A stretch of 54,160 nucleotides of DNA, taken from NCBI GenBank assembly GCA_910592345.1, contig CAJVPI010000101.1, forward strand, positions 1 through 54,160, read 5' to 3'. Shown here one piece after another: positions 13,401 through 25,974 of the stretch (position 1 is its first letter; each line of letters begins with the position of its first letter). The notes below the pieces were generated by a model. That model was not told where the DNA came from, did not search any database, and saw nothing but the letters and a program-made list of their open reading frames with translations. This DNA is from Paraglomus brasilianum. Taxonomy: Eukaryota. Made by a program: the position numbers and the translations under genes.

Positions 13401-13544
13401 TGAAACGAATTGCACTCGACCAGATGTGACCTACTAATCCACTTACGCCTCATCTTCATGATAATAGGGGTTGAACATTCTGTGTTGGAGTATGAAGTTG
13501 ACACAGTGTTGAGAAGAAGTTTTCCGGCAGGTTCTTTGATCTAA
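10465..13544 (+). CDS. WD40-repeat protein, DUF2415 / S. pombe C2A9.03-like family, multi-exon; 5' exon structure uncertain
   Basis: Exons read QVTIQHW-QLRDLL, YLAVGGQRGQ, GGSINNSI, LISNNDQTIK, SVSPDGRKMVAVGDS, GFSCAWN, QDGYISVWDIR, VKFSP..DLLMFSE-HVSYVHLVD, ISGITF, RRSFPAGSLI*. Confidence 0.85.
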
Positions 13545-14452
13545 TATTATACATAGTCATAACGTAAATAATTTAGTTTAATATGAAGGCATTCAAATTA
13601 ATTGAACGTTTAATGCTACTTATTGGGACAAGTTTTCCGGTAGCTGACTAAACGTGTTTATAAATACATACCGAATAATTAGATTTCATACGTTAATAGA
13701 CATTAATAGACATTTCATCATACATATAACAACTGCATTTGATGGTATAAACCGAATCGTAGCAATTATACGATTAAGAAACTCTCCAAGATGTGGTCAA
13801 TTAAACTTTGACAAAATTCGTTTTCTAAAATGTCAATTGTTTTGATTTCGTTAATCTGCTTGACCTTTAACATTAAAGCATGTTTCTTTATTGATTGAAA
13901 AGAAGATAGCGTTGCGTTTAAGTGGCTCTATTTATTGTACAGCATTTGTTTTCACTATAAGGAAATACGAATCAATACCTATGTTTCCTTTTGGTCAGAT
14001 TCATGGTTGGCGCCGACAGTAAAGAGAAGCTATCAACGGGATCCCGTTTATGTGAAATAGAACCTAAGCCATTTTATGATCAACTTCCTCTGAGAAGACT
14101 CACATAGATCAGAAACTCGATATATTTTATTGACGTTTAATTGTCGCTTAATTGTTCACGACTTTTATTATTATGACAAGCAATGATTTTGCCCTACTTG
14201 GAGATTGCATAACTCGATACGTTGAACCAATTATTAATAGTACTCTCATTTTTATAGGCATGTGGGATTCGGTTGTGTTCAGTAAATTTATCCCAAGACG
14301 TCGTGTTCAGGATAATAAATATATATCATGATTTCTATGCCGAGTCAACCAGATTAACTATGAATTACTTAAAGATATTCATTAAGACGTTCTTGTTCAT
14401 TGTGATCTTTTCGCTCGTAATACTTTACACGGAAGCGCCAACCTTCTATTCT

Positions 14453-15653
14453 TTAGTTCTTCTTAGTCTTCGCGTCACTCTTTCCCGTCATGAAGTTAGC
14501 CAATGCACCAGAGATATCCGGCATTTCAAGTGAATTTTGTGGTTGATTTTCCTGTAATTCCTTTAGAGCTTCCGGGTCTGTAGCCAGGGAAATCAATTTC
14601 AATTATAAGTGTGTCTAAGATATACCAAACATACAGTTTGACAATATAAAAGCAATATTTTCGTACCGAGTCCTTCCATCATCTTTGGCATAACTAGCAA
14701 CAACACTACACTAACTCCCATCATGATAATTAGTGGGTTTGCAAACACGCTAGCAATACTAAAGCTCTCCCGAGGCTTTAATAAGAAAATCGAGCAAGGC
14801 GGGTTTGATTAGTAAAAATGTTATTTCGAGTGGACATTTCGATGGTAAACTTACCACAAAGTAATCCGCCATAGCCCTTGCTTTCAATTCGAGTGGATAA
14901 GGCAATGCATTCGCAGTTTTGGGTGCATTGACGTTAGAATGTTGAACGTTTTTGTTGACTGTATCAGGCCAATCGGCACCCAATATTGTGATAAATGCCT
15001 CGACCCCCGAAGCATCCACATTCACTCTTAGCTATATTGGAACAGAACATGTCGGTCTTAATGTTAGGGTATTATTGTCTCATTCCTAATACACGATACA
15101 TAATAGATCTACCCTTGGATACAGATATCTTCGCGAAGATACTTCCAGTAGATAAGAACCTGGGGGGACATTCTGACTAAGAGATACAATGCGAGTAATT
15201 GGTTAATCGACTTATCGAACGTGGAAATCATCAAAACGCTAATTCCTACATACATTGTGAATTTTCCATCCTTGCGGACTAGGGCCGAGTATTGTCCCCC
15301 ATTTATTAGTATTTTAGTGTTGGATTCTAGACTTGACACATCTGATCATACGAGTATGAGTTGGTAGGGACACACGAAACAAGATCGATTATCAGATACT
15401 TGGTACGCAAAATAGCATGCAAATGTTCCAACATAACGATATCACACCTTTCAAAATGTCGTTGGCGACTAGCCCGCCTTCTATTGTGTGTAGATCCGTG
15501 GCTATTACGGAACTTAACACGGCTAAACTGAAGTAGCGAGATAGAAACGTTTGTCAGTTGGTAGCGCTAAACAAACTTCACCCTTGTTAAAGAACTAGTA
15601 AAGCTTTAAAACCTTATTAGAAAAAGAGCCAGGTAAAGCTTCTTTAATACCAT
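14453..15653 (-). CDS. EMC7: ER membrane protein complex subunit 7, multi-exon
   Basis: Signal peptide MVLKKLYLALFLISLAVLSSVIA; LVRKDGKF, NVPPGSYLLEV, YPLELKA, FSIASVFANPLIIMM, TM segment, MPKMMEGLDPEALKELQ. Confidence 0.85.
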
Positions 15654-16449
15654 GCTTGTAATCGGTATTCACTTTGGTTGAGACTGTTGCTGCAAGAACT
15701 AATGATGTATATGGAGATCGCGTGATTGGCTGATTCAACAAGTTACATTTTAATTTTCCGTAATTTTAATGTAGATCGATCTTAAATCCGACCGTTCTTA
15801 TATCATATTATACGGCCTAGTTTTAATTAAAAATTCCAGTCATATTTGCCACAAAAACTATTATGGTCTCTAAACTTGCAGCTGTGCCACTAATCCTAAA
15901 GCAAACCATCATCAGTCACTGGTTAAATTTTCAGCCACATCAGTAAATGTTCACTTTGTCAATATAATAATAATAATACAGAAATAATATAATTGTTATG
16001 ATAGAATGTTTATCGTTGTTTCATTGTTAAAAATGAGCTAAAGTTCCCCGCCCTGAATCAAAAGTTTGTACCTTCATTTTTTTATGTACGCTACTGGGTA
16101 TTTGAAGGTTAGCGCAAAAGCAATTTTAGGAAATGAAGAACTCAAACATCAAATGAAAAGCATTGCCAAAATTATAACATATTTAGTATACGATTATGTG
16201 TATATAATACGAAGTTAATTTATATCAAATCCATTATGGAATCAAAGAATTACAGCACCATCATACATCAAAGCATTCTGAAAAAAGAACAAGGAGAAAA
16301 AATTGCTCCGTACGGTTTTAAAATCAATAATACCAAAATTCTCGAGGAATATCTAGATAAAGAAAAAATTACTTATGAAATTTATCAGCTATAAACAAAC
16401 ATTAAACCCCAACTTACGATGAACCAAGAAAATAGAAACATAAGCAATT

Positions 16450-17600
16450 ATTATTATCAATAAATATGAAAAGCCAGGCATCTTTTTTTACTTTATCTAA
16501 AATAAATTAACTTTGACAGTTAGAATAGATAAATTTATATGGTAGAAAGTAGCCAAGAATTTCCTCAATCTCTAAATTATTTCCTTAACTTCAATCAAGG
16601 TCATTTTTCAGTTTCTTTAATTTCAATTTGAGCAACTTGACCATCCTGTTGCTCTTTCAATAATTTGTTTTCCTCTTCTAATTGCTTAATTTTTCTTCTA
16701 AACTCTTTATCCTATCCAATAGTAATAGCTCTTGCTTCTACCTTTTGCTTGATTCTTCTAATTTCTCTTGAAATTTGGCTACTTCTTCTCTTTCAATTTC
16801 TAATTATTGTCGCTCATAAAAAGTGGTAAATTAGGAAGTCCTTTCTCTTTTTATTTTGCCTTTTCCCTGCAGTCACAAACAAATCCAAGTCAGTTTTGGT
16901 CTGCATTTTTCATGCTTAGTTAATTTATCATTCTCAAATTTTTCTTTACAATTACGTCTGCAATTAACTTATTGGTTGTCTCATGACGAGTTTTTATTAG
17001 ATTAACACATCTATTATTTTCATTATTACTATAATTAGAGCAAAAATCACAAGCCCTCCTATACTCTCACAGCAAATCTAAAAGTGTATATCTTAACTCT
17101 TTCAAAGCACTAAAAAATTATTTACTCTTAACTTCTATTTTAGCAACCATTTATTGCTTATTATTATGGTGTTTCACCTTTCTTCTTAGGTTTTGGACCT
17201 TAGTTGCTAATTCTTGGAACTTATGTTGTTTTTTATGTAAGTTAGGTAAAGGTTTTCCAAATAAGTGTTAGTAAATCTTCTAATTTTTTATAGTCTGCTT
17301 TCAACTTCTTGAATCCCTCATTATAATTAGTTTTTTTTCAATTCTTCTGCTTTTTCATCCCAATCTGCTGATTTTTTTTCATCCCATTTTTCAAAAATTT
17401 CATTAGCAGTCTCAATTTCCAACGATTTTTCTGCTATTACTATTACTATCTCTGCATGTAATTTATCCCTTAAGTTACCATTCAACCCTATTACTATATA
17501 ATATTCTTTAACAGCATTGTCAGATTCTTAACTTAAAGTTTTCTTCTAACAGCATATTATTTTCTTGAAGTTCCCCTAATATGTCTAATGATTTTTTGTC
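16450..17600 (-). other. AT-rich, CpG-poor degenerate coding remnant (Lys/Glu-rich, coiled-coil-like), probably transposon-derived
   Basis: Broken K/E-rich reading frames on minus strand, very few CG dinucleotides, adjacent to a transposase relic. Confidence 0.3.
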
Positions 17601-17679
17601 TAGTTTACTTATTTTTTTAAATACATATTATTATATTATTTTTATTGAGTATATAATTATTTTAATAGTATTTCTTTCC

Positions 17680-18560
17680 ATTAGGACCTTTGCCTATTAT
17701 TTCGTTCTCATCGAGAAGTAATTAATTTGTTCACATACTGCTTCATCTTGTATACCAAATAAATGCACTTTATGCTAATAAATTTTACTTACCGAATGGG
17801 GTATGTGATTTTGCGCTCAATTGTAATTGTAATGGGCAGTAGCATCAACGCTACAATAATCAGCTTTACCTCGTTATAAATTAATTTTCTCTATTGTTCT
17901 GCTAATTTTGTATCTTTGTTGTAATAGTTTCTTTCTAATTTAACCTTCACAAGATGTTCTTTGTAAATCTTTTGCTTCTTCTTCCTTATGAGCATTATAC
18001 TGTAAGCCGTTTCAAAAACGTTGGCACATGTCACATAAATCTGTTCTTGGACTCATGATTTGAATATAAGACGTCAATTGGTGCCATAACTTGCGGAATG
18101 CATCATACTTTAACAATTTCAACGTGCTATCGTTTTCTAGACCTGCAATAAAATCACAATAGACCGATTTGTAACTTGTTTTGGCTGGCAAAAATGTAAG
18201 CGATTGAGTAATTTCTACCGGGACTGGTAATCCATGAATTCCAGCATAATTCTCGAGAAAATTCTTCATGGTAGCAACAGTTATTTACATTACCATGAAT
18301 ACATGGTATTATGCCAGATGATGTGAATTTGACAATTCCTGACATCTTGAGATAAATTTTGGCAAAATGCATAATGCAATTCCAATAGTAAAAGGTTCTC
18401 TTCTTAGTACACATTTTCTTTTTAAGATGTAGACTGGCAGTTATCCCTCCACCATTCATTGTTTTCAGCTGGGCATTAAAAATATATCTTGTTCAGACCT
18501 AGAAAGAGCTTGAAAAGCTTCACACAACTCAGCAAACTTTTCTCATTTTGAGTAACCACA
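17680..18560 (-). mobile_element. Degenerate Sola-like (DUF7869-type) DNA transposase fragment
   Basis: NFLENYAGIHGLPVP...FRKLWHQL..YIQIMSPRTDLCDMC, followed by broken AQN.HIPH, KVHLFGIQDEA...QINY and ENEIIGKGPNG; frameshifts and stops. Confidence 0.6.
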
Positions 18561-19030
18561 AATGTGGCCTATCTCCAAGAAACATGTCATATTCAGTGCA
18601 GCCCTATATTAATATATTATATTCATTATTCTTCATATACAGATAATCTTATATATATAATTTTATCATTTAATAACAGTCTTGAACATGCGTTTTATTT
18701 ATGTTGCAAATTTTGTCTACATGTTGGTTTACTATTACCAATTATAACTATGGTACTGGCTTTAAGTAAAGAAACTTATTTGATACAAATATAACATTAA
18801 AACATAAAACATAAAACATACATGCCAAGTTACAAATTAAACACAGAACTCTTTATTGATTCATCACACTTCATCTTTACTCATGGAGCTGCTAATACAA
18901 AAGTTAAACTCAAATCACTAAAAGAAAATGCCAATGGTAGTCTACTGATATATGCAAAGTATAGTTAGATATTTAGGTAAAATCTGTCAGTGATAATGTC
19001 TTTACATACCTTTTATTGGTCCACGCCTAC

Positions 19031-19198
19031 TGAGCACAGAACACCCACCCGGACGAACCATAAACCTGTGACGAAGAGACAGGCGTAGGGGAAGTGCCTA
19101 GACACATGCCTCACAAGATAGACAAGGCGTATAACGGTTCCAAAGGGTTTAGTCAAAGGTCGGGCAATACGCAAAGAGGACATGTGGCCCTGTGTTCA
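19031..19198. repeat. Structured element copy 1 (candidate ncRNA domain)
   Basis: Terminal stem TGAGCACAG/CTGTGTTCA; core blocks 19042-19093 and 19134-19167 match copy 2. Confidence 0.85.
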
Positions 19199-19199
19199 T

Positions 19200-19383
19200 G
19201 CTGACAGCAAGAAGCACCCACCCGGACGAACCATAAACCTGCGACGAAGAGACAGGCGTAGGGGAAATGCCGAAGACACTGTATCTCCAAAGCTTCGAAG
19301 CTTGGGCAGTTCACGGTTCCAAAGGGTTTAGTCAGAGGTCGGGCAAACTTGCAAAGATAACATGTGCCTCTCCTGCTGTCAGC
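19200..19383. repeat. Structured element copy 2 (candidate ncRNA domain)
   Basis: Terminal stem GCTGACAGCA/TGCTGTCAGC; core blocks 19215-19266 (51/52 identical to copy 1) and 19313-19346 (33/34). Confidence 0.85.
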
Positions 19384-19521
19384 GGCGAGGTGGACATTAA
19401 AACAAAGAAAATCTGTTGATGGCGCGAAAATTTTTATTGCGCGCAATAATGTTTGTTGATCATGTGATAACAATATGTAACTGAGACGGCGCGAGCCTAA
19501 GCCCTCGTGTTTCTCATTACT

Positions 19522-21916
19522 ATGGAGATTGATAACAGGCTTAACTATCAAGTTCCTTACCAAGTGGAGAAAGTTGATAGATTTTTCAAAGATAATAAAC
19601 TGAAAGTTTGGGGTGACTATAAGACTTTTATTCAAACAAAGTTTGTTACTGGACACTACACCACCGCTCGTGCTATACATGGGCGATACTGTGGTTCATT
19701 GCTTGCCATTCAACAAAATGAAAGAGTAGGAGATGAAGTGAAAAAATATTGCGCCGACCTATACAAGGAAGCCAATGTACGTATGTAGACAGCCTGTGTT
19801 GAAAAAGCACGCGTCCTTATTTCCCACTTCTATGTAGACAAGTCGGAAAAGCGATTTCCTCTTATTAGTAGAGAATGTTATTGAATGCAAGCAAATAGAA
19901 CAAAACATTGAATCTATCCGGGTAAGCTTTGAAGGTAAACAAATCCTCTACATCGACAACATTTGAACACGTGAATTTGTATACTGTATAGGACAAAATT
20001 ACAAGAAAAGCAACGGAAGTCAGCGGTGAAATAGTAGATGATTCGTTGAAACAGTGGAGACCTTCTAAGAAACCCAAAACCGTTGATCAGTTGGAAGATT
20101 CTGATACTCAGGACAAGATAGCAGATATCACCAACACGTATGATGAGCTGTATAGGTTATACTATTCTTTACTTGCCAACAATCTTTGTCTCATGTATAT
20201 TCCCTCCGCACGTGAAAGGTCATTGCAAACAGATACAATTGAACTGCCACAGACTCCTCCCTCCAACCTGATTGATGCTGTTGACAGTGAGGAGGACGAA
20301 AGCATCCATTCAGAAGAATATCAAGCTGGAAGTGATGATGAAGATGGAAATACGCACATTGATGTTAATACCATATCATTTGATGATGCAGTAAATGAAA
20401 TACGTAACCCAAGCTGGACTCTCAAAGACGGCCGTCTACTCGTTGATGTGCTTGTGACCAATACCACTGAGTTGGTAAGACAGCTCATGCAAAAAAGCCA
20501 GAAAGAAAGAACACCTGCTCTCATGAGTGCTGCTCGGTATATGATGTCTTACTATTACTATATAAATGAAGAGCATGAATGGTTGCTTATTTTTGACACA
20601 GTTTAGGTCTTTCATCAATTGTCGATCTATCATCTGAATTTGAAGGTGGAATGTACAAGTGGTTTGGTCAAGACTGGGTAGATATCAAGGAAAAGGTGTA
20701 TGGAATGATAAATATGACACCATTATGTTTTGAAGGTGATGTAAAGAGTATTATTGACACAGTTGAAGATGTATGTGTATAATCTTGAGAGTCTGTGCAA
20801 GTCACTTTTCCTTTTAATAACTGTCATATTTGTAGATGTGCAACACATTCCGATATATTGATGCACGAACTTATCTGTATGAATTGCAGACCAGCAATCA
20901 TTCACCAATTGTTAAACAGATTGCAAATATTTACTTCATTGTGTATGTTGTCTAGTTTTGGTATTTGTCAGTATATCCTTGATAACTGCTCTGATGAACA
21001 TTTTGTTAGAATTTGTAAATTCATGAGAAACCCATTCATTTTTGTGAATGAATCTGGAAGACGTAAGGATCTCACTGAGATGGAATTTGTCATCAAAATG
21101 ATAGCACCTGTTTTTGATGAACTTTTTGCTGACATTTCAGATCTTGTAGAGCTTCGATGGTAATAGTAAGATATCACTGATCTTGATGTCACACATAATA
21201 TTTAATTTTAATTTTCATGTTTATAGGGGTGAGACAGTTACCCGTGCTGCCGTTCAACCAAGAAAGATTGATATGAGGATTGTCCACAGGACTCGACATA
21301 TTGAACTCAGTCACACAGAATGTGCAAGGCTTCTTACACCTGCAAAAGCTATTGGAGACCGCTCTAAGTGTTTACGGACACTAAAATGTGTGCTTGACAT
21401 GTATCTGGCAGAAGACATTTCAGATGATGCTGCAAATGATTCTACAATCATGGGGCTCCAATTTGCTGGTAAGATTTCAAGAGTTGGATTGTCAGCAAAT
21501 GTTAAAATGTTAATTATGTGGATTATCATCACATCAGGTCTTGAAGGACAAATCATAGGAATTGATTGTCTAGATGATGGTTTATACTTTGGTCTTGAGG
21601 GTCCCAAATTCAGATTTCCTGCACAACTGTCAAGTATAAAGGACCTCCGAAATACACTGGAAGCATTATTTTTCTTCAAAGTAAGGTCACATGTATGACT
21701 TGTGTGTGAGTTTTAGTTAATTGATGTATCCTTTTCTCTATCCAGGAAAATATTAATAGAAATGCCAAAGCACTACCTAATCCAACAGAGCAGGGCCACT
21801 TATATCAGAAAATTTTTCATGTCCACAGGGCACAAGCCAAGCATTTTAAAGTAGGTTTTACAAGGAAAACAAACTTCACTCCAAGTAAGCATAAGAAACA
21901 AATATTAATATTATAG
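19522..21916 (+). CDS. Multi-exon protein with acidic linker and C-terminal PD-(D/E)XK-like (Crinkler REase-type) nuclease domain; apparently intact
   Basis: GT-AG introns join frames into TEMEFVIKMIAP...ELRW-GE...RKIDMRIV...IELSHTECAR...DRSKCLRTLK...MGLQFAG...GLYFG...FRFP; motif order fits an REase fold with the Lys relocated. Confidence 0.65.
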
Positions 21917-23087
21917 GAAGAGTTTGTTAGTTACTATAGGATGATAGTGAAAAACATTGCTAATCTATAGAATTATATTATCATTTTGTTCCTCAACCTA
22001 AACCATTACTTGTCAATGGACTATATTAAAGAACAGAGTCCCCAATAAAATTGGGATTTCATGTAGAATTAGAATTGCAAAACAAAAAATCATACTGATG
22101 AATGTCACTCTACTGTATGTTTGTCTCCGTTGGTAATTGTTGAGATATACAAGTTTATTTGCGCGCCATTTTTTTCGCAACACACTGTATACTCTCCATC
22201 GGCCATTCTATACTATCCGTAATAATTATAAAATACATAACAATCAAATAAAAATTACAACACTTCAGATCTAATCGCTACTCTTAATGGCCTATTAATT
22301 TCGTTAATATATATTTTAGGGAATTAATAATATCGCTGTTTCATCATACAGATAATATATCACCGAAGGTCAGGTTCAACAGATGTTCCTAGTAAAACGT
22401 AGCGGACGAAGAAATGCCGCTCATATATAAAATATCTAATACCCATTATATATTATATCGTAGATATTATCTCGTTAATGAAGGTTAGTTTCAACCTCAG
22501 CATTAATATTTCTCTTTCCACACTGTAATGCTCCGATTGGATTTTCATCAAGAGTATCCGCATTTCGCTTCGTGTCTCTATCACACTCTATGGCTCTTAA
22601 CGTTTTGGCATAGGTTCCCTTCATTGACGAATAACAATTTAACTTGAACATAATAACGATAAATTCACAATAACCAATAACGATGGATTCACAATAACTT
22701 TTTGTTGTATATTACGAGTATTAGCCTTCTAACGAATATATTAAACTCTCGGTAATATACATTGTCTTTATTATTACGAACGCCTTTCCTGTGTTAAATA
22801 TAATCGCTTCCCTTATTAGTCGCCAAAATGTTACAACAAAGCATACTCTGTTACTGGTCTTATTAATCGCGAAGAACTTACATGCAAAGTGTCAGTTCAG
22901 AGAATAATATAATAACTGAATACTTTTCATGCCCTGCTTATTAATCGCCATGATTTTATAACATGTCTTATTAGAGAACAAATAATACATTATGATTTAA
23001 CAATACATCATTACACAAACTGTTTCACATGACGCCGCTGAAAATTGTGTCGCTAGTAAATTCTTCTCAACCTTACAACACCAAAGG

Positions 23088-24048
23088 ATGATTAAATCCG
23101 TGCTAATATTCAACAACCATGGCAGATCACGCTTGATCAAGTTCTATCAACAAATAGTAAGTGGCTTATACTATCATAACTCAGGCTATGGGTGAGCTCA
23201 GGTTGACTCTGATATACTTTTAGGACATTCCAACCCAGCAAAACCTAATTCAAGAGATATTTCAACTCGTTTCCAAACGCCCAGATTCTGTCTGTAATTT
23301 TCTAGAAGGAAGTCAAATGCTTGGTGGCAGCGACACTCGAGTCATTTACCGACACTATGCGACTTTATATTTTGTGTTTGTTGTTGACGAATCTGAGAGT
23401 GAATTAGGAATTCTCGATTTGATACAAGTGAGTGGAAAAGAGGAAGAAGGCAGAATTTATGTGATGTGCAAAAGGATCCATTACAAATGATGTGCGTGTA
23501 TTTAGGTTTTCGTAGAGGGTCTTGACAGGTGTTTTGAGAACGTTTGCGAGCTTGATCTGGTGAGTCATGTCACATTCCCATATTGTACCCGTTGATAAAT
23601 CGTAAGATGGCTAAATAAAGTTTTGTCTCCGAATCTTTCTAGATCTTTCATTTTGAAGAAGTAAGTTATTTACGGCCAATCACTTGTTTGATACAGTAAT
23701 TCGATTTGACATTTGACTATTCATAGGTGCATCACATACTCGCCGAAGTGGTGTCCGGTGGGATGGCAAGTACAAAAAGCTTTTGAAAATAACATAGGGT
23801 CTTTTGTCTTTCGCTCTTCTAATAATTGTTTGTTTCCAATTTAGGTCTTGGAAACGAACTTGAACGAAATTATTACTGCTGCGAACGAATCAAATAATAA
23901 AGTCAAAAAGCGCGTGGGAGCAATGGCTTCGATTACAAAAAGTAGCGCTGGTGCCGTTGCGCGTGATTTAGGTGCAAATATTGCCAATACTGCTACCAAT
24001 GTTTTACAGAGCACTATGAGCGCGACATTGCGACGTACTGGGTTTTAG
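23088..24048 (+). CDS. APS3: AP-3 adaptor complex subunit sigma, 6 exons including an 18-nt exon (23643-23660) and a GC-AG intron
   Basis: MIKSVLIFNNHGRSRLIKFY...VSKRPDSVCNFLEG...YRHYATLYFVFVVDESESELGILDLIQVFVEGLDRCFENVCELDLIFHFEEVH...GGMVLETN. Confidence 0.93.
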
Positions 24049-24839
24049 TTCAAATCTTAAACTTTGTGGATTCTGGTTGGGAATCGTTGCGTTGATCAAT
24101 GTATTATATATGTATGGCGCATTTAGAAAAATACGGAGGGAGTGGTGATTAGTAGAAACAATGTAATTTATGCATTTCAATTATAGACTATGCAGAGTGA
24201 ATTGAATAAATAACGTCTAAATCTAATTTCTGAACATTTAGACTGAAATATTAACAATTGCATCGATATACGTAATAATTATATGGCGGTTGATAACCAA
24301 CACTACTCTACTCCCAGCCCTCTCTCTTAGACATTGCAAGCCACCGATTGGGATCTTGCACATGTTACAGTATACTCGTTTTAAATAATACTTTCATCAA
24401 TAAATGGCTCAGAACTCCCGGCAATGTTTTATCGCTTTCACCAATTTTTGGTGCAATATACCCTCTTTTTGATTGACCCGGAAGTTGATGCTGTTATTAG
24501 TAAAGCTTTAATACCCTAAAACTCTAACCAAAATTATGATTTGGTTAGAAAAAGTGAAACAGGCAGCAAATTACACCCCGCATCCGACGACATCAGTTTA
24601 ATACAATTATCACACGAGCCGGATCAATTTTTACTTTGTGATTTATTTACTATATTGCAAGCTTTTCTGATATCTAGATAGCAGTGTGTGCGAATATCTC
24701 TCTCAAGACTTGTCTTGCGCTTACTAATTAGTAGTGTAAACCATGATTGATGATAAAGCTCTAAATGTAATTATATAAATATTGTTGTGCTAGTCAAATG
24801 CTACATGTTTCAGAATACTTACAAGAGTTTGTAAACATT

Positions 24840-25600
24840 CTCATATAGACCTTGAGAATTCAATGTTATAATTCTCATGATTAATAAAAAGGTAGTATTG
24901 GGTCTCTATAAAGGGGCTGTTTTGTTAAAGGTGGGGATTATCCCACTCATGTTTCGTTGGACAAAGAGGTATAAATTGGGATCTCACTTGACTGGGACAT
25001 TTTTGCAGAATCATTTAACTGATTTTTACAAGTTAAACTTTTGATGAAAGGAATTCTTGTAAGGTTGTTTGGATGATTGGGGCTCCAGTTGGTGGGTCTA
25101 AGTCCTGCAGGGATGTAGGTCCCTGATATTCATAAGACTCTAACTTCTGCCTTGTTGAATTCAGAATGGGTATGGGGACATGGCAGTTCCCAACAACAAG
25201 GGTCCCTTGTTTAATGAAGCAGCCTCACTTTCTTTCTCAAAGAGGAGTTGGATGAATTTGGTTCTGATGACTTTGGCTACTTCCCTCCCAGCCAGAGTAG
25301 AAGGCATTCTTTGAAGTAGAAGGTCTAGGAATGCAGAGACCAGTTCCACAGCTGGGGAAATTCTGGTGTTCTGTTTCAAGATTGCTTTGGGTATTTTCCA
25401 GTTAAAGATTTCAAACACCCTTTGGAATTTGACATAGTTTGAGTGGGGTCTGAGTTGTTGTTGTCCATAGGGGTACTGGTTGATGCTTGAGGGTTCATTG
25501 TAAACAAAATAAATCAGTTAGTATTGAAACAGGGTGGTTAGTCTGCTCTTTTGTTCTGTGATTCTGAATAGTAACTTAGTATTAGTGGTGCCGAAAATTA
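24840..25600 (-). mobile_element. CpG-depleted degenerate repeat/ORF remnant, probable transposon fragment of undetermined class
   Basis: Almost no CG despite moderate GC content; interrupted minus-strand ORFs such as 25161-25418. Confidence 0.35.
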
Positions 25601-25974
25601 TGTGTCTGTAAGTGGGCGAGTTTAATTACACAAGAAAAAGGGCATGCTAATGCGCGATTATAATTATTATGACTGGATGCTGAATAATTTGCTAAATATG
25701 GACTTTGATTAAAATATAAAAGCCGAAGCCGTATTGGGGATTTCTGTCGCTTTTATCAAATAAAGTTTGTGCATCTTATAGTGTTAAATTTTGCAAGGTA
25801 CAAGTCACAGGAAGTATATATGCCGGGCGTTCAAAATTTCCGCGCACGGGGTATATTTATATTTACGCTAGCTGATGGGGTTAGAGAATAAAATCTGATC
25901 AACCAATGAAAGGTCATGGATTTTCCTGAAACACGCGTTGTATTTATGAGAACTCGCGGCACAAAAACTGGCCC

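Noticed and set aside
19060..19095. ACCTG...GCGTAGGGGA resembling the 3' half of a TPP riboswitch; CCCGACC/GTCCGGGTGGG on minus resembling FMN motifs
   Set aside because: The TPP CUGAGA motif and the FMN T-loop modules are absent
19031..19383. CRISPR-like repeat-spacer interpretation
   Set aside because: Only two long units, the variable parts are self-complementary stems rather than spacers, and there are no cas genes
19153..19680. 175-aa minus-strand ORF across the structured repeats
   Set aside because: No recognisable domain; antisense to exon 1 of the nuclease gene; indel pattern between copies is not codon-like
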